Shown piece by piece: positions 1-8,905 of a DNA stretch of 64,000 nucleotides. How positions within the stretch are numbered: the first letter of the stretch is position 1; every line of letters starts with the position of its first letter. Made by a program: the position numbers and the translations under genes. The notes beneath the pieces were generated by a model, which did not search any database, was not told where the DNA came from, and worked only from the letters and a program-made list of their open reading frames with translations. The DNA comes from Candidatus Heimdallarchaeota archaeon (GTDB lineage Archaea; Asgardarchaeota; Heimdallarchaeia; JABLTI01), in the NCBI GenBank assembly GCA_019056785.1, contig DXJV01000025.1, forward strand, positions 1 to 64,000, in the 5' to 3' direction.

Positions 1-1
1 A

Positions 2-1459
2 AGAACGAGCGTACTTTTCCAACAGCAATTTAGAGGGATTGAACAAGAAATCAAGAAATGGTTTCAGCAAAAAGATTGGCAAGATATAGGGTTCAAAAGC
101 AGCTTCTTCATTTTCTTAGTGGCAGTCGGCATTTTAGTCCGGCTATTACTCGCTTATTCGTTCCGTGTCAATTATGCCATCATTGATTTAGAAATTGTTT
201 GGAATAGAGCCATAATGCTAAATCCAAATAATGTTCCACTCGAGGGGTATATGGATTTTGATTATTACTATGTTTCTTGGGTAAAAGGATGGTATGAAAA
301 TAGTTGGTATCCTTTTCCCGACTGGCAGCTTGCTGAAAATTCCACTGATCCCTTATACTATTATTCTTACCCGCCGCTTTTCCTTTATATTTTGCTTAGT
401 TTTTGGCGCCTTGGCAGAATCTATCTCTACATAGCACTTCCACTAATTATAACCGATGCAGCATGCGCTGGAATGGTCTTTTTAATTATTTATAAAGCCC
501 TTGCATCATCTAAAAGACACTTTTTTGCTACCGGTGGTGGACTTTTAATGGCATTCGCACCAATTAACATTATTTACAACGGTGTTTATTGGTTAAACAC
601 CGGGCCGGTAGCACTCTTTACCTTGATTGCTCTCTACTTTGTTCTCGAAAACAAGTGGCGACACGTAGTCTTCTGGTTAGCAATAGCAACACTAACGAAA
701 CAAAATGCCCTTTTCTTAACCTACCCTCTCTTCATGGTGATGCTGGGGAAAAAAGTACGCAAAACAACGGTGAGAAAAGCTCTTTTTGAGAGTGGCATGA
801 TTGTTATGTATTTTCTGGGAATTGTCTTTTTAGGGTCAATTCCATGGCTCTTTATAACACCTCTTTATTATGGGGTACATCTTCTCTTCCCAGGAAAAAT
901 GTTAAGTCTTTCCACCACGATACTCCTACCGGACAAGGCTGAGCCGGTAACATTTTCATTTGCAATGAAATTTCTTGGTATTAAAGGAGCAATTTTAGAT
1001 GGAATTGCTTTTGGTATTAATTCAATGTTCTTAATGATTCTAAGTGCCAATGTCTTAGCGATTCCATTATTATGGAGATCATTTCGAGGGAAAAATGACT
1101 CAACAGAATTATTTTCAATAGTAGCAATTTATATGATTACCACGCATATTTTCATGCCAAAAGGGACGTTCAAATTTTATAGCGCCTATTTCACTCCGGA
1201 AATTTTACTGGCAATATTACTACTTCTTGGCAATCTTGGTAAGAGATCATTCTCTGAACCAATCATTTTAGCAGTGATTTATAGCCTTTTTATTAGTGTA
1301 AATCTTTGGTTAGTAATAATAAATCGCCATTTAACCCCTGTTCTCTTGTTTTTTGTGGCTGTTATATTAACACTTCTAATAATAAGCAGAAACGTTATTC
1401 TAGCTATTAATAACCGTCAGAGAAAAATGGTCAAAGTAAAACTGCCAGAGTTTTCTTAA
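2..1459 (+). CDS. Multi-pass GT-C-fold membrane glycosyltransferase (GT87/DUF2029/PIG-M-like); 5' end lies before the window
   Basis: Frame is open from position 2 (RTSVLFQQQ...) into the 119..1459 ORF. About 10-11 hydrophobic segments; 'DFDYYY' loop, 'YSYPPLFLY' and 'LAIATLTKQ' motifs typical of polyprenol-P-sugar-dependent GT-C enzymes. Confidence 0.65.
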   Translation, partial: RTSVLFQQQFRGIEQEIKKWFQQKDWQDIGFKSSFFIFLVAVGILVRLLLAYSFRVNYAIIDLEIVWNRAIMLNPNNVPLEGYMDFDYYYVSWVKGWYENSWYPFPDWQLAENSTDPLYYYSYPPLFLYILLSFWRLGRIYLYIALPLIITDAACAGMVFLIIYKALASSKRHFFATGGGLLMAFAPINIIYNGVYWLNTGPVALFTLIALYFVLENKWRHVVFWLAIATLTKQNALFLTYPLFMVMLGKKVRKTTVRKALFESGMIVMYFLGIVFLGSIPWLFITPLYYGVHLLFPGKMLSLSTTILLPDKAEPVTFSFAMKFLGIKGAILDGIAFGINSMFLMILSANVLAIPLLWRSFRGKNDSTELFSIVAIYMITTHIFMPKGTFKFYSAYFTPEILLAILLLLGNLGKRSFSEPIILAVIYSLFISVNLWLVIINRHLTPVLLFFVAVILTLLIISRNVILAINNRQRKMVKVKLPEFS

Positions 1460-1528
1460 GTGTAAGAGACAATTTTAAAAAACCCTCTATCTACGTTTTA
1501 CATACTGTTCGTTAGAGGAAAAGAAAAA

Positions 1529-2902
1529 ATGACTAAAGATAAAACGAGTTGTTTGCATCCCATCGATTGGCGATACGGTAGTGAAGAGATGCGACAGCTC
1601 TTTTCACGAGAAAAAAGATTAGAATTACTATTAAAAGTTGAAGCGGCAATTGCCTACGCTCATGCGATAGTTGGGGATATACCAAAAAAGGCAGCAGAAG
1701 AAATAGAAAAGAAAGCTTCAACCAAATTCGTCACACTTGAGAGAGTTGCAGAAATTGAGCGAGAAATCTCTCATGACATTGCCTCTGTTGTACGAGCATT
1801 TGCAGAGCAGGTGGGAGAATTCGGAGCATATATTCATCTCGGTGCAACAAGCAACGACATTATAGACACAGCCGAAGCGGTAAGAACAAAACAAGCATTA
1901 GGACTAATAGAACAAAGAATTGTAAAAGTGATTCAGAATCTCATTAAAATTGTCAAAGAACATAAAGAAACTGTTTGTATTGGCCGGACACATGGCTCAC
2001 AAGCAGTGCCTTATTCTTTTGGGCATAAAATCGCCATCTGGCTCGAGGAATTGATTCGACACCTTGAGAACATCAGATATATCTCGCAGAATCGAGTGAT
2101 GGGAAAATTATCAGGTGCCGTTGGTACCCGTGCAGCCTATGGGATTCATGCTGATAGAATTGTCCAAATTACAATGGACCGTTTAGGAATTAAACCTGCA
2201 ATCATTACCAATCAACTCCTCTCGAGAGAGATTATTGCAGAGATTTTCTTGAGCTTGATACTTCTTGCGTCTTCATTGGATAAATTTGCAACAGAGATTC
2301 GAAATCTTCAACGAACAGAAATAGGCGAAGTTCGCGAACCGTTTAAATCTGACAAACAAGTCGGCTCAAGTACAATGAGCCACAAACGTGATCCTGAGAA
2401 AAGTGAACGAATAAGCTCGCTTGCAAGAATGATGCGAGGATACGCAACACCGGTCCTCGAGAACATTGTCACCTGGCATGAACGGGATCTCGCAAATAGC
2501 GCAAATGAACGATATTTACATCCCAGTATCTTCTTAACATTAGATCAAATACTTTTAGATTTTGATTTCGTTACAGAAGGGCTTGTAATAAATACCGAGA
2601 AGATGAAAGAGAACCTCAACCTTTCGAAAGGAATCGTAATGGCTGAAGCGGTGATGACAGAACTTGTTCGTAATGGCATGAATCGCCAAGTTGCCCACGA
2701 ACTCTTACGAGAACTATCAATGAAGGCCTATCAAGAGAACAAGCCACTTTTCGACGAGTTAAAAAGAAGCAAAGAAATTATGAAAACAATCGCCGAAAAA
2801 GAGCTAAAAGAGATTTTTGACCATCCAGAAAACTATCTGGGAACAGCAAAGGAGCAAATCGAGATTGTGCTACTGCTTGCAGAAAAAGCTATTAACAAAT
2901 AA
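1529..2902 (+). CDS. purB: Adenylosuccinate lyase
   Basis: 'HLGATSNDI', 'GRTHG', fumarase/ASL signature 'GSSTMSHKRDP', 'WHERDL'. Confidence 0.95.
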   Translation: MTKDKTSCLHPIDWRYGSEEMRQLFSREKRLELLLKVEAAIAYAHAIVGDIPKKAAEEIEKKASTKFVTLERVAEIEREISHDIASVVRAFAEQVGEFGAYIHLGATSNDIIDTAEAVRTKQALGLIEQRIVKVIQNLIKIVKEHKETVCIGRTHGSQAVPYSFGHKIAIWLEELIRHLENIRYISQNRVMGKLSGAVGTRAAYGIHADRIVQITMDRLGIKPAIITNQLLSREIIAEIFLSLILLASSLDKFATEIRNLQRTEIGEVREPFKSDKQVGSSTMSHKRDPEKSERISSLARMMRGYATPVLENIVTWHERDLANSANERYLHPSIFLTLDQILLDFDFVTEGLVINTEKMKENLNLSKGIVMAEAVMTELVRNGMNRQVAHELLRELSMKAYQENKPLFDELKRSKEIMKTIAEKELKEIFDHPENYLGTAKEQIEIVLLLAEKAINK

Positions 2903-3026
2903 TCCTTCACACTTTCAACCAATTGTTTGCTCTTATTCCCTTATTTCGCACAAGAACAAATAAAAGGGAACTAACTATTATGTTAAGTGAAGAACGATTA
3001 AAATAAAGTCATTTGAGAGCATTGCA

Positions 3027-4085
3027 ATGATTTCTTTTATAGAACACAACATGTATTTGAAACATAAAATGCCCAACATCCTCGAAAGCCCACGGCGACT
3101 TCAAGTAATTAAGAAAGCACTTACTACGGCAGGCATTTATAACCACCCTGAAGTGAAGGTACTTACTCCAGAACCCATAGAGGAAACAGCTCTAAAAGAC
3201 ATTCACAGCGACCAACTAATTGAGCTAATAAAACATGGAAGTATGATCGGTGATGTAGCTATTACTGCTGACACAATTATAGGAGAACATACATTTTCTG
3301 CTGCGTTACTGGCAGTAGCAGGGACAAAATTAGCCGCTGAAGAAGCATTGAAAGAAGGAAACACTTTTGCTTTTGCATTTGTACGCCCTCCAGGACATCA
3401 TGCAACACGCACAAATGCCATGGGGTTTTGCTTTTTCAATAATGTGGCATTTACAGCTAATTATCTTCTCAAGATGAAAAAAGCCAAACGAGTTATGATT
3501 TTCGATTTTGACAATCATTATGGTAATGGTACTGCAGACCTTTTCTACAACCGGAGTGACATCTTGAAAGCATCTATACATGCCAATCCCAATTATAGCT
3601 TCCCCTTCCAAGGGAGAGTTTACGAAATCGGCGAAAAAGATGGAGAAGGGTACAACATTTGTATTCCATTACCGTTGCAAGCAGGAGATCTGGAAGCATT
3701 ACATGCATTTGACAAATTCATTGTACCCATAGCACGAGAATATAAACCAGAGATTTTACTTGTTTCTGCAGGATATGATGGCTTAAGAGAAGATCCGTAT
3801 GGTCATTTGTCATATTCAACCTTTGGCTTTCAAGTTCTAAGTGAACGAATCAAAAAGCTTGCGGAAGAACTCTGTGGGGGGAAAGTTATTTACTCGCTGG
3901 AAGGAGGATACAAATTTAAGGAACTGGGCGAAGCTGTCCTTGCAAGCATTTCACCGTTCTTGAAGGATTTCGACTATGCAAAAGAGCCTGAGAAGAAATT
4001 ACTCTCGGGTGGCAATATATCCGAATATAAAGAGACATTACAAGCGCTTCGAAAAATACTCAAACCATTTTGGCGATTAGATTAA
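3027..4085 (+). CDS. Zn-dependent histone deacetylase family protein (AcuC/HDAC-like)
   Basis: 'RPPGHHA', 'GFCFFNN', 'DFDNHYGNGT', 'SAGYD', 'LEGGY'. Confidence 0.92.
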   Translation: MISFIEHNMYLKHKMPNILESPRRLQVIKKALTTAGIYNHPEVKVLTPEPIEETALKDIHSDQLIELIKHGSMIGDVAITADTIIGEHTFSAALLAVAGTKLAAEEALKEGNTFAFAFVRPPGHHATRTNAMGFCFFNNVAFTANYLLKMKKAKRVMIFDFDNHYGNGTADLFYNRSDILKASIHANPNYSFPFQGRVYEIGEKDGEGYNICIPLPLQAGDLEALHAFDKFIVPIAREYKPEILLVSAGYDGLREDPYGHLSYSTFGFQVLSERIKKLAEELCGGKVIYSLEGGYKFKELGEAVLASISPFLKDFDYAKEPEKKLLSGGNISEYKETLQALRKILKPFWRLD

Positions 4086-4123
4086 TAAAAGGAGAGAAAT
4101 AAGAAAGAAAAGTCTAAAGATCG

Positions 4124-4951
4124 TCAAAATTTCTTATACATCCGAAGAACCTGTGATAAAGCAATGGGCTTTCCATTCACAAGAGTATTAATTTCAACCT
4201 CATCTGCCAAACCAGACGAACGAAGTTTGGGGAGGAAAACTTCTTCCACCTGAAATACTCCCGCCTCGGAGATCATATGAATATTTAATCGGATGGGCTT
4301 TTTCTTGGTTCCTTTTAAAATCTCAACCTCTGTAATACTTAAAGCAGAGATTGAATGGATGTCAACTTTGCCTAGATCATATGGTTTGCGGCTTCGTCCT
4401 TGCGTCATATCCAAGCCATCAGCGATGGTGACAAATCCTGCCTCCGGCGTAAGACAGGCAATATCCATTGCATGAGCGAAAATTGCATGTTGAATATGTG
4501 AAAGAAGCTGTATTCTTTTTGTAGCAACTGGATATATTTTCTTTAATTTTGGGTAAATAAGTTCCTTAACCATTAAAGAGGAAATTAATTCATGAAACGA
4601 TCGATGCGTTACATGGCCAATGTCATGAAGATAAGCAGCCGTTAGACAAACAAGAGCAACATCATCTTGATCGCCAAGGTTGTGATGAATTAAAGCTGGG
4701 GTAATTTCACCTCGAGTAATATCCAATAATTGAAGGACATTTCGTGAGACAATCGTGACATGATCCAAGCCATGGTCCGTATACCGCAAGTATTTAACAG
4801 CCAAGTGATTGGAGCTTTTTATTATTTCTTGAATTTCTTCATTGGTCATTAAAAAAGCCCACATTTCTTTACTCTTTTTATACACATGTTCATCCAAAAT
4901 TGCTGAAACTTCATTTGAGACTTGTTCTTTGTTAACTATTTGCATAAGCAA
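4124..4951 (-). CDS. HD-domain metal-dependent phosphohydrolase
   Basis: 'YTDHGLDH', 'AYLHDIGH', 'IADGLDM..GRSR' and 'DIHSISA' motifs. Confidence 0.88.
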   Translation of the reverse strand: MLMQIVNKEQVSNEVSAILDEHVYKKSKEMWAFLMTNEEIQEIIKSSNHLAVKYLRYTDHGLDHVTIVSRNVLQLLDITRGEITPALIHHNLGDQDDVALVCLTAAYLHDIGHVTHRSFHELISSLMVKELIYPKLKKIYPVATKRIQLLSHIQHAIFAHAMDIACLTPEAGFVTIADGLDMTQGRSRKPYDLGKVDIHSISALSITEVEILKGTKKKPIRLNIHMISEAGVFQVEEVFLPKLRSSGLADEVEINTLVNGKPIALSQVLRMYKKF

Positions 4952-5137
4952 ACGTCACCTTACTTCATTTCTAATTGATTTTTATTGAAAAAGGTTTTTC
5001 CACTTGTTGAAAAATTATTAGGAAGAAATTAAAAGAAAACTATTAGCCTAAGAAACTTATCGAACAGGTTTTTTCAACAAATGCCACAAACGAAAGTCTT
5101 TTTTTAAAGAAAAAAACTAAAAGTATTACCATAGAAT

Positions 5138-5914
5138 GTGAGAGAAATGTTAATTGAATTATATGAAATTACAGAAGATGGGGAAGATATTCAGATTGAC
5201 CCAAATGATGTGAAAGTGACACACGATAGCTTATTAATTGTCGTCTCTTTTGATAGTCGTCGTATCTACCTTTTCAAAGGTTCCAATGTTTCCATTGTAC
5301 AGAAATTTGCTTCTGCTAGAAAAGCATCTGCCTTGCGTTTGCAGAAAGGGGGGTATCCAATTATACATATCGAAGAAGCAGAAGGGATAGATGAAGAATT
5401 TAAGCCCATCCTCGAATATTTGGGAGGGATAGTTGATGAGGAAGAAAAGGAGAAGTCCGTCGAACAACCAAGGAATCCTCCTCCCGCTCAAATTGAGAAA
5501 CCAAAACCCCCACCCTCTAAAACGGTTACAACAAAGACGACAACAACAACAACAACTAAGAAAAAGACTACAAAGACAACAACATCAAAGAAAACAACCC
5601 CAACCAAAACGAAACAACCAGCTAAAAGAAAAGGGTTAAAACCACCTGAAGACATGCCACCAAAATTAGCCAAAGTTTATACGGCAATGACGGCTCTAGA
5701 ATCACCGGCAAAATCGAGTTGTGACTATGTTTTGATTGGTAACAAACTCTACCTCGTTATCGGCGAAAACAAAAGTGATTTATCGCAAGGAAAATTCTCC
5801 TTTGAAGAAGTAACAACTTTGCCTGAGGGAGTTTTTCCAGTGGAGAACTACTATCCTAGAATTTTAGTCTCGAGAAAGAAGATTCTGGGAGTCGAATTGT
5901 GGGCTCGAAGATAG
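5138..5914 (+). CDS. Gelsolin-domain protein (single gelsolin repeat, Pro/Thr/Lys-rich linker, C-terminal domain; Asgard 1DGelX-like)
   Basis: N-terminal ~95 aa follow the gelsolin repeat pattern (DSLLIVV..RRIYLFKGSNVSIVQKFASARKASALR..IIHIEEAEG..EEF..LGG), then a low-complexity linker and an ~85-aa domain ending 'LPEGVF..YYPRILV..ILGVELW'. Start may be the ATG at 5147. Confidence 0.7.
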   Translation: MREMLIELYEITEDGEDIQIDPNDVKVTHDSLLIVVSFDSRRIYLFKGSNVSIVQKFASARKASALRLQKGGYPIIHIEEAEGIDEEFKPILEYLGGIVDEEEKEKSVEQPRNPPPAQIEKPKPPPSKTVTTKTTTTTTTKKKTTKTTTSKKTTPTKTKQPAKRKGLKPPEDMPPKLAKVYTAMTALESPAKSSCDYVLIGNKLYLVIGENKSDLSQGKFSFEEVTTLPEGVFPVENYYPRILVSRKKILGVELWARR

Positions 5915-5981
5915 TTTATCACTTTTCAAATAATATAAAAATGAAGAGATTAATATATTGATAAGACTCGAGTGTAAAATT

Positions 5982-5998
5982 AGGAGGAACCAGAAATT
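5982..5998 (+). promoter_or_regulatory. Shine-Dalgarno AGGAGG plus putative non-canonical ATT start codon of the GTPase
   Basis: AGGAGG at 5982-5987, 8-nt spacer, ATT at 5996-5998 in frame with the GTPase; in-frame TAG at 5981-5983 closes the frame upstream. Confidence 0.7.
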
Positions 5999-6595
5999 TC
6001 GCGACAAAAAGGCCCCCAATATCAACATTTATTTAAAGTAATTATTGTAGGAGCTGGCAAGGTGGGGAAGACAAGCTTAACAATTCGTTTTGCAGAGGAT
6101 CGTTTCAGAGAATCTTATCTTCCCACGCTAGGGGTTGATTTCTTAACGAAAAACCTCGTCATCGATAATAAGCATATTAAACTACAATTATGGGATACCG
6201 GCGGGCAAGAATTTGTCATGTCGCTATTACCTTTTTATTTCTCAGGCGCAGCTGGGGGCGTACTTGTATTTGATATAACCAATCGAAACTCCTTTAACAG
6301 CTTGGATTACTGGCTCAAACAAATCAGGCAAAACGCAGGTGATATTCCAGTCATACTAGCAGGAAACAAAATCGATATTGCTGAACAGCGAAAGGTAACA
6401 ACAGAAGAGGGGCAAGAATTCGCAAAAGAGAAGAATTTATTCTACCTTGAAACCTCTGCTAAGACAGGGGTCAGTGTGCCGGACCTCTTTGAAGGGCTTG
6501 TGAAAGAGATCATGAAAAGAGAAAAAGATAAAGAAAAGAAGAAAAAGGAACCCGAGGAAGAAGAAACGGAGTTTAGTTTCTGGCAAACCGCGTGA
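5996..6595 (+). CDS. Rab-like small GTPase (Ras superfamily)
   Basis: In-frame extension upstream of the called GTG (6062) gives 'HLFKVIIVGAGKVGKTS' (beta1 + G1). Also G2 'PTLGVDF', G3 'KLQLWDTGGQE', G4 'GNKID', G5 'ETSAK', RabF5-like 'LVFDIT'. No C-terminal Cys prenylation motif. Confidence 0.92.
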   Translation: MSRQKGPQYQHLFKVIIVGAGKVGKTSLTIRFAEDRFRESYLPTLGVDFLTKNLVIDNKHIKLQLWDTGGQEFVMSLLPFYFSGAAGGVLVFDITNRNSFNSLDYWLKQIRQNAGDIPVILAGNKIDIAEQRKVTTEEGQEFAKEKNLFYLETSAKTGVSVPDLFEGLVKEIMKREKDKEKKKKEPEEEETEFSFWQTA

Positions 6596-6636
6596 TTTTT
6601 TAGGAAAAAACAATGTTCTTTTTTTCTCTTCTTTTT

Positions 6637-7437
6637 TTAAGCTGATGGTAAATTTATCCCTTCAAAGGAGGTTGCAGTTTTCCAAAGGGAATCTGCAAAC
6701 CGTTCCCAGAGCTTTGCAAAACTTTCGTTATCACTCCAAGTGGCCATAATACCCAATTCGATACCACCCTCTAATTGAGCGTAGGCGCCTTGCAGGATTT
6801 CACGAGAATCAGTAATAACCCAAATTGCATGGAAATTCTCGGAGACTCGAACCTCTGCAAATTCAGCCAAACTCATTAAAATATTAACTTCGTTTGGATT
6901 ATCAATACCATCTTTCCCGGTAATAATTTTAATGCTTTTTAGGAAACTGCTTGCTTCTTTTAACACTTGATCAACGCCATAAAGCTGCAAATCAAAAGAA
7001 CTGTCGATGCCAATATTAACTGTTTCAGTTGCATCCATTATCATATCTTTGATTTTACTAAAGACAGCCTGGGCGCCACGGAGAATCCACAATTCAGGGA
7101 TAAATGATTTCTTGCTCCGCTCATAAAGCGCAAAGAGTTTTTGTTCAGTAATTTGAAAAGCTTTTTCATATTCACTGCGAAGCTCTTTCATAACTGCATC
7201 AGGACTCCGGGGACGATAACGATTTGCACTTGTATCACTTTCTTGAGCAAAAACCAATCCCCGCTCCTTTAAACTATCAATTACTGAATAGACCTTATTT
7301 GCAGGGACACCACTTGCTTTTGATATTTCCGAAGCTGTTGCGACCCCAAGTCCAACTAACGCAGTGTAAACTTTGGCTTGATATTCATTAAAACCTAATT
7401 TTTTCAATTCTTCAATGATGTCTTGTGTGAAGCTCAA
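6637..7437 (-). CDS. TrmB-family transcriptional regulator
   Basis: wHTH 'LKKLGFNEYQAKVYTAL..TASEISKASGVP..KVYSVIDSLKERGLV' plus a PLD-like effector domain. Likely start is TTG at 7437 after a GGTGG SD; the ORF-track extension to 7572 looks non-coding. Confidence 0.88.
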   Translation of the reverse strand: MSFTQDIIEELKKLGFNEYQAKVYTALVGLGVATASEISKASGVPANKVYSVIDSLKERGLVFAQESDTSANRYRPRSPDAVMKELRSEYEKAFQITEQKLFALYERSKKSFIPELWILRGAQAVFSKIKDMIMDATETVNIGIDSSFDLQLYGVDQVLKEASSFLKSIKIITGKDGIDNPNEVNILMSLAEFAEVRVSENFHAIWVITDSREILQGAYAQLEGGIELGIMATWSDNESFAKLWERFADSLWKTATSFEGINLPSA

Positions 7438-7669
7438 GCAGTTACCACCATGGTAGTATATACCAATAATAACATAAAAGCGTTTTTGTAGGATGATATT
7501 AAAAAAACTTCTATAGAAATGAAAGAGAAAAAAAGCTGGATATGTGATAATAGGATGTTTGCTTGGTAACATCAGAATGAGATTAGCTGCTGGTTGTAAC
7601 GAGTATTAGAGTGTTATAACTCTTTAATAAAGAAAAAAAGGATTTATTAAATGCCTCACCTCTCACCTC

Positions 7670-7752
7670 GAACTGTCATCCCAAACAATTTGGGATATCA
7701 GTCCTCCACTACATCCGAAATGGAGGGGAACCGACTTTTCTCACTCCCCTCC
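7670..7752. ncRNA. Putative structured RNA or cis-regulatory element with alternative hairpins
   Basis: Perfect stem ATCCCAAA/TTTGGGAT (7678-7696). TGGAGGGGA (7721-7729) can pair with CCTCCA (7703-7708) or TCCCCTCC (7745-7752). TATA-like TTTATTAA at 7643-7650. Family not recognised. Confidence 0.3.
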
Positions 7753-7820
7753 TCCTTATTTTCAAAGGGAATAAAAGGGCGAGTTTAATACAGCAATAAA
7801 GAAAGGAAAAAAGAAGATAT

Positions 7821-8732
7821 TTACATTGAAGCGATGGTTTTCTCCCATTCTTTTAGAGCAGCCTTAAGATTAGCAATTGAACTTGTACCTCGTTTCCAGC
7901 GACGATATTCCATTTGCATTTCATAAAAGACTCGTGAGTGGGGGATGAGCTCCATTAATTGCTCACGCAAATTCAAAATTTCTATTTTAATATCATCTTC
8001 ACTTAAATTTTGACCCAACTTTGCTCGGAAAGCATTAAATATTTTTGCGATTTCGGGGTCCAATTCCTTTATTGGTTTGGGGGTTGACTTTGTGGTAACT
8101 GTTGGAGTAGATACCGCCGCAGGTTTAGTAGCACTCACAGCGGGCTTTTGTGTGGGTACTGATGTGGTAGAAGTTGCTGGAGAAGGTCGTTGCCGTGCCT
8201 TCTGGGAGATTGCTGATTTAGAAACCTCACTAATTGCTTTGGAAATCTCACTAACATCAATATTATGTTGAGTTAATAGTTCTCGCAAACGGTTATTGAC
8301 CATTTCTGATTGTTCGAGGAAATTTTCAAGCCGTTCGATTTCCTGTTTCAAATATTCGCATTGTCGAGCTAAAACCTCGGTTTCGGGCGAGGTTGCTTGA
8401 TCTTTCATTGAAGGTGAAACAGGGGAGGTAGAAGTAGTTGTACTCCCAGCTGTTTTACTTTGACCAGCACTTGTTTCTTTTAATGTTTCTTTGAACTGGC
8501 TCAGTTTATCGGCGATCTGCTTTTTCGAGTCTGAGATGATTTTACGGATATCGGAGAGAGACTCGTCAGCAATCCCTCTCTCTTTTTCGATTGGGACCTC
8601 CTTTGATTCTGCAAGGAGCAAAGCATTGCGTAAATCACGATTCTTTTCTCGTAATACCTTTGTTTGATTGCGATAGAATGCTAATTCACGCTTTAATTTT
8701 TCAAGATCTTCTGGTACTTCTTCATCACTCAA
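7821..8732 (-). CDS. Hypothetical protein: two coiled coils, Ser/Thr/Pro-rich linkers, C-terminal helical domain
   Basis: 303-aa ORF with heptad-rich segments (LEKLKRELAFYRNQ..; LARQCEYLKQEIERLE..) separated by low-complexity S/T/P tracts. Confidence 0.75.
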   Translation of the reverse strand: MSDEEVPEDLEKLKRELAFYRNQTKVLREKNRDLRNALLLAESKEVPIEKERGIADESLSDIRKIISDSKKQIADKLSQFKETLKETSAGQSKTAGSTTTSTSPVSPSMKDQATSPETEVLARQCEYLKQEIERLENFLEQSEMVNNRLRELLTQHNIDVSEISKAISEVSKSAISQKARQRPSPATSTTSVPTQKPAVSATKPAAVSTPTVTTKSTPKPIKELDPEIAKIFNAFRAKLGQNLSEDDIKIEILNLREQLMELIPHSRVFYEMQMEYRRWKRGTSSIANLKAALKEWEKTIASM

Positions 8733-8905
8733 GACAATCGAACGTCCTTTGTTATATTGTAAAACGGGTTTTATATTTTAACAAACTAATTATTATGAAT
8801 TTTCTTTTACTATTGCCTAAAATAATGTTTTTGTTATGACAGAAAATAACAAGAACAGCATTTAAAACCAAAAATTGTAGAAGAAGTATCAGAATAATAG
8901 GAAAT

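Noticed and set aside
5525-5585. (ACA)n run as a CRISPR or stand-alone repeat
   Set aside because: It is a short coding triplet run producing the poly-Thr linker, with no repeat-spacer structure.
7438-7572. 45-aa N-terminal extension of TrmB in the ORF track
   Set aside because: It is low-complexity Phe/Ile-rich translation of promoter DNA; a GGTGG SD precedes the TTG at 7437 where homology begins.
7672-7702. Hairpin with UGA/GA words as a SECIS or K-turn element
   Set aside because: The GA quartet register does not fit the stem, and no adjacent gene has an in-frame UGA.
7670-7752. tRNA gene
   Set aside because: No cloverleaf, T-loop consensus or acceptor stem could be built on either strand.
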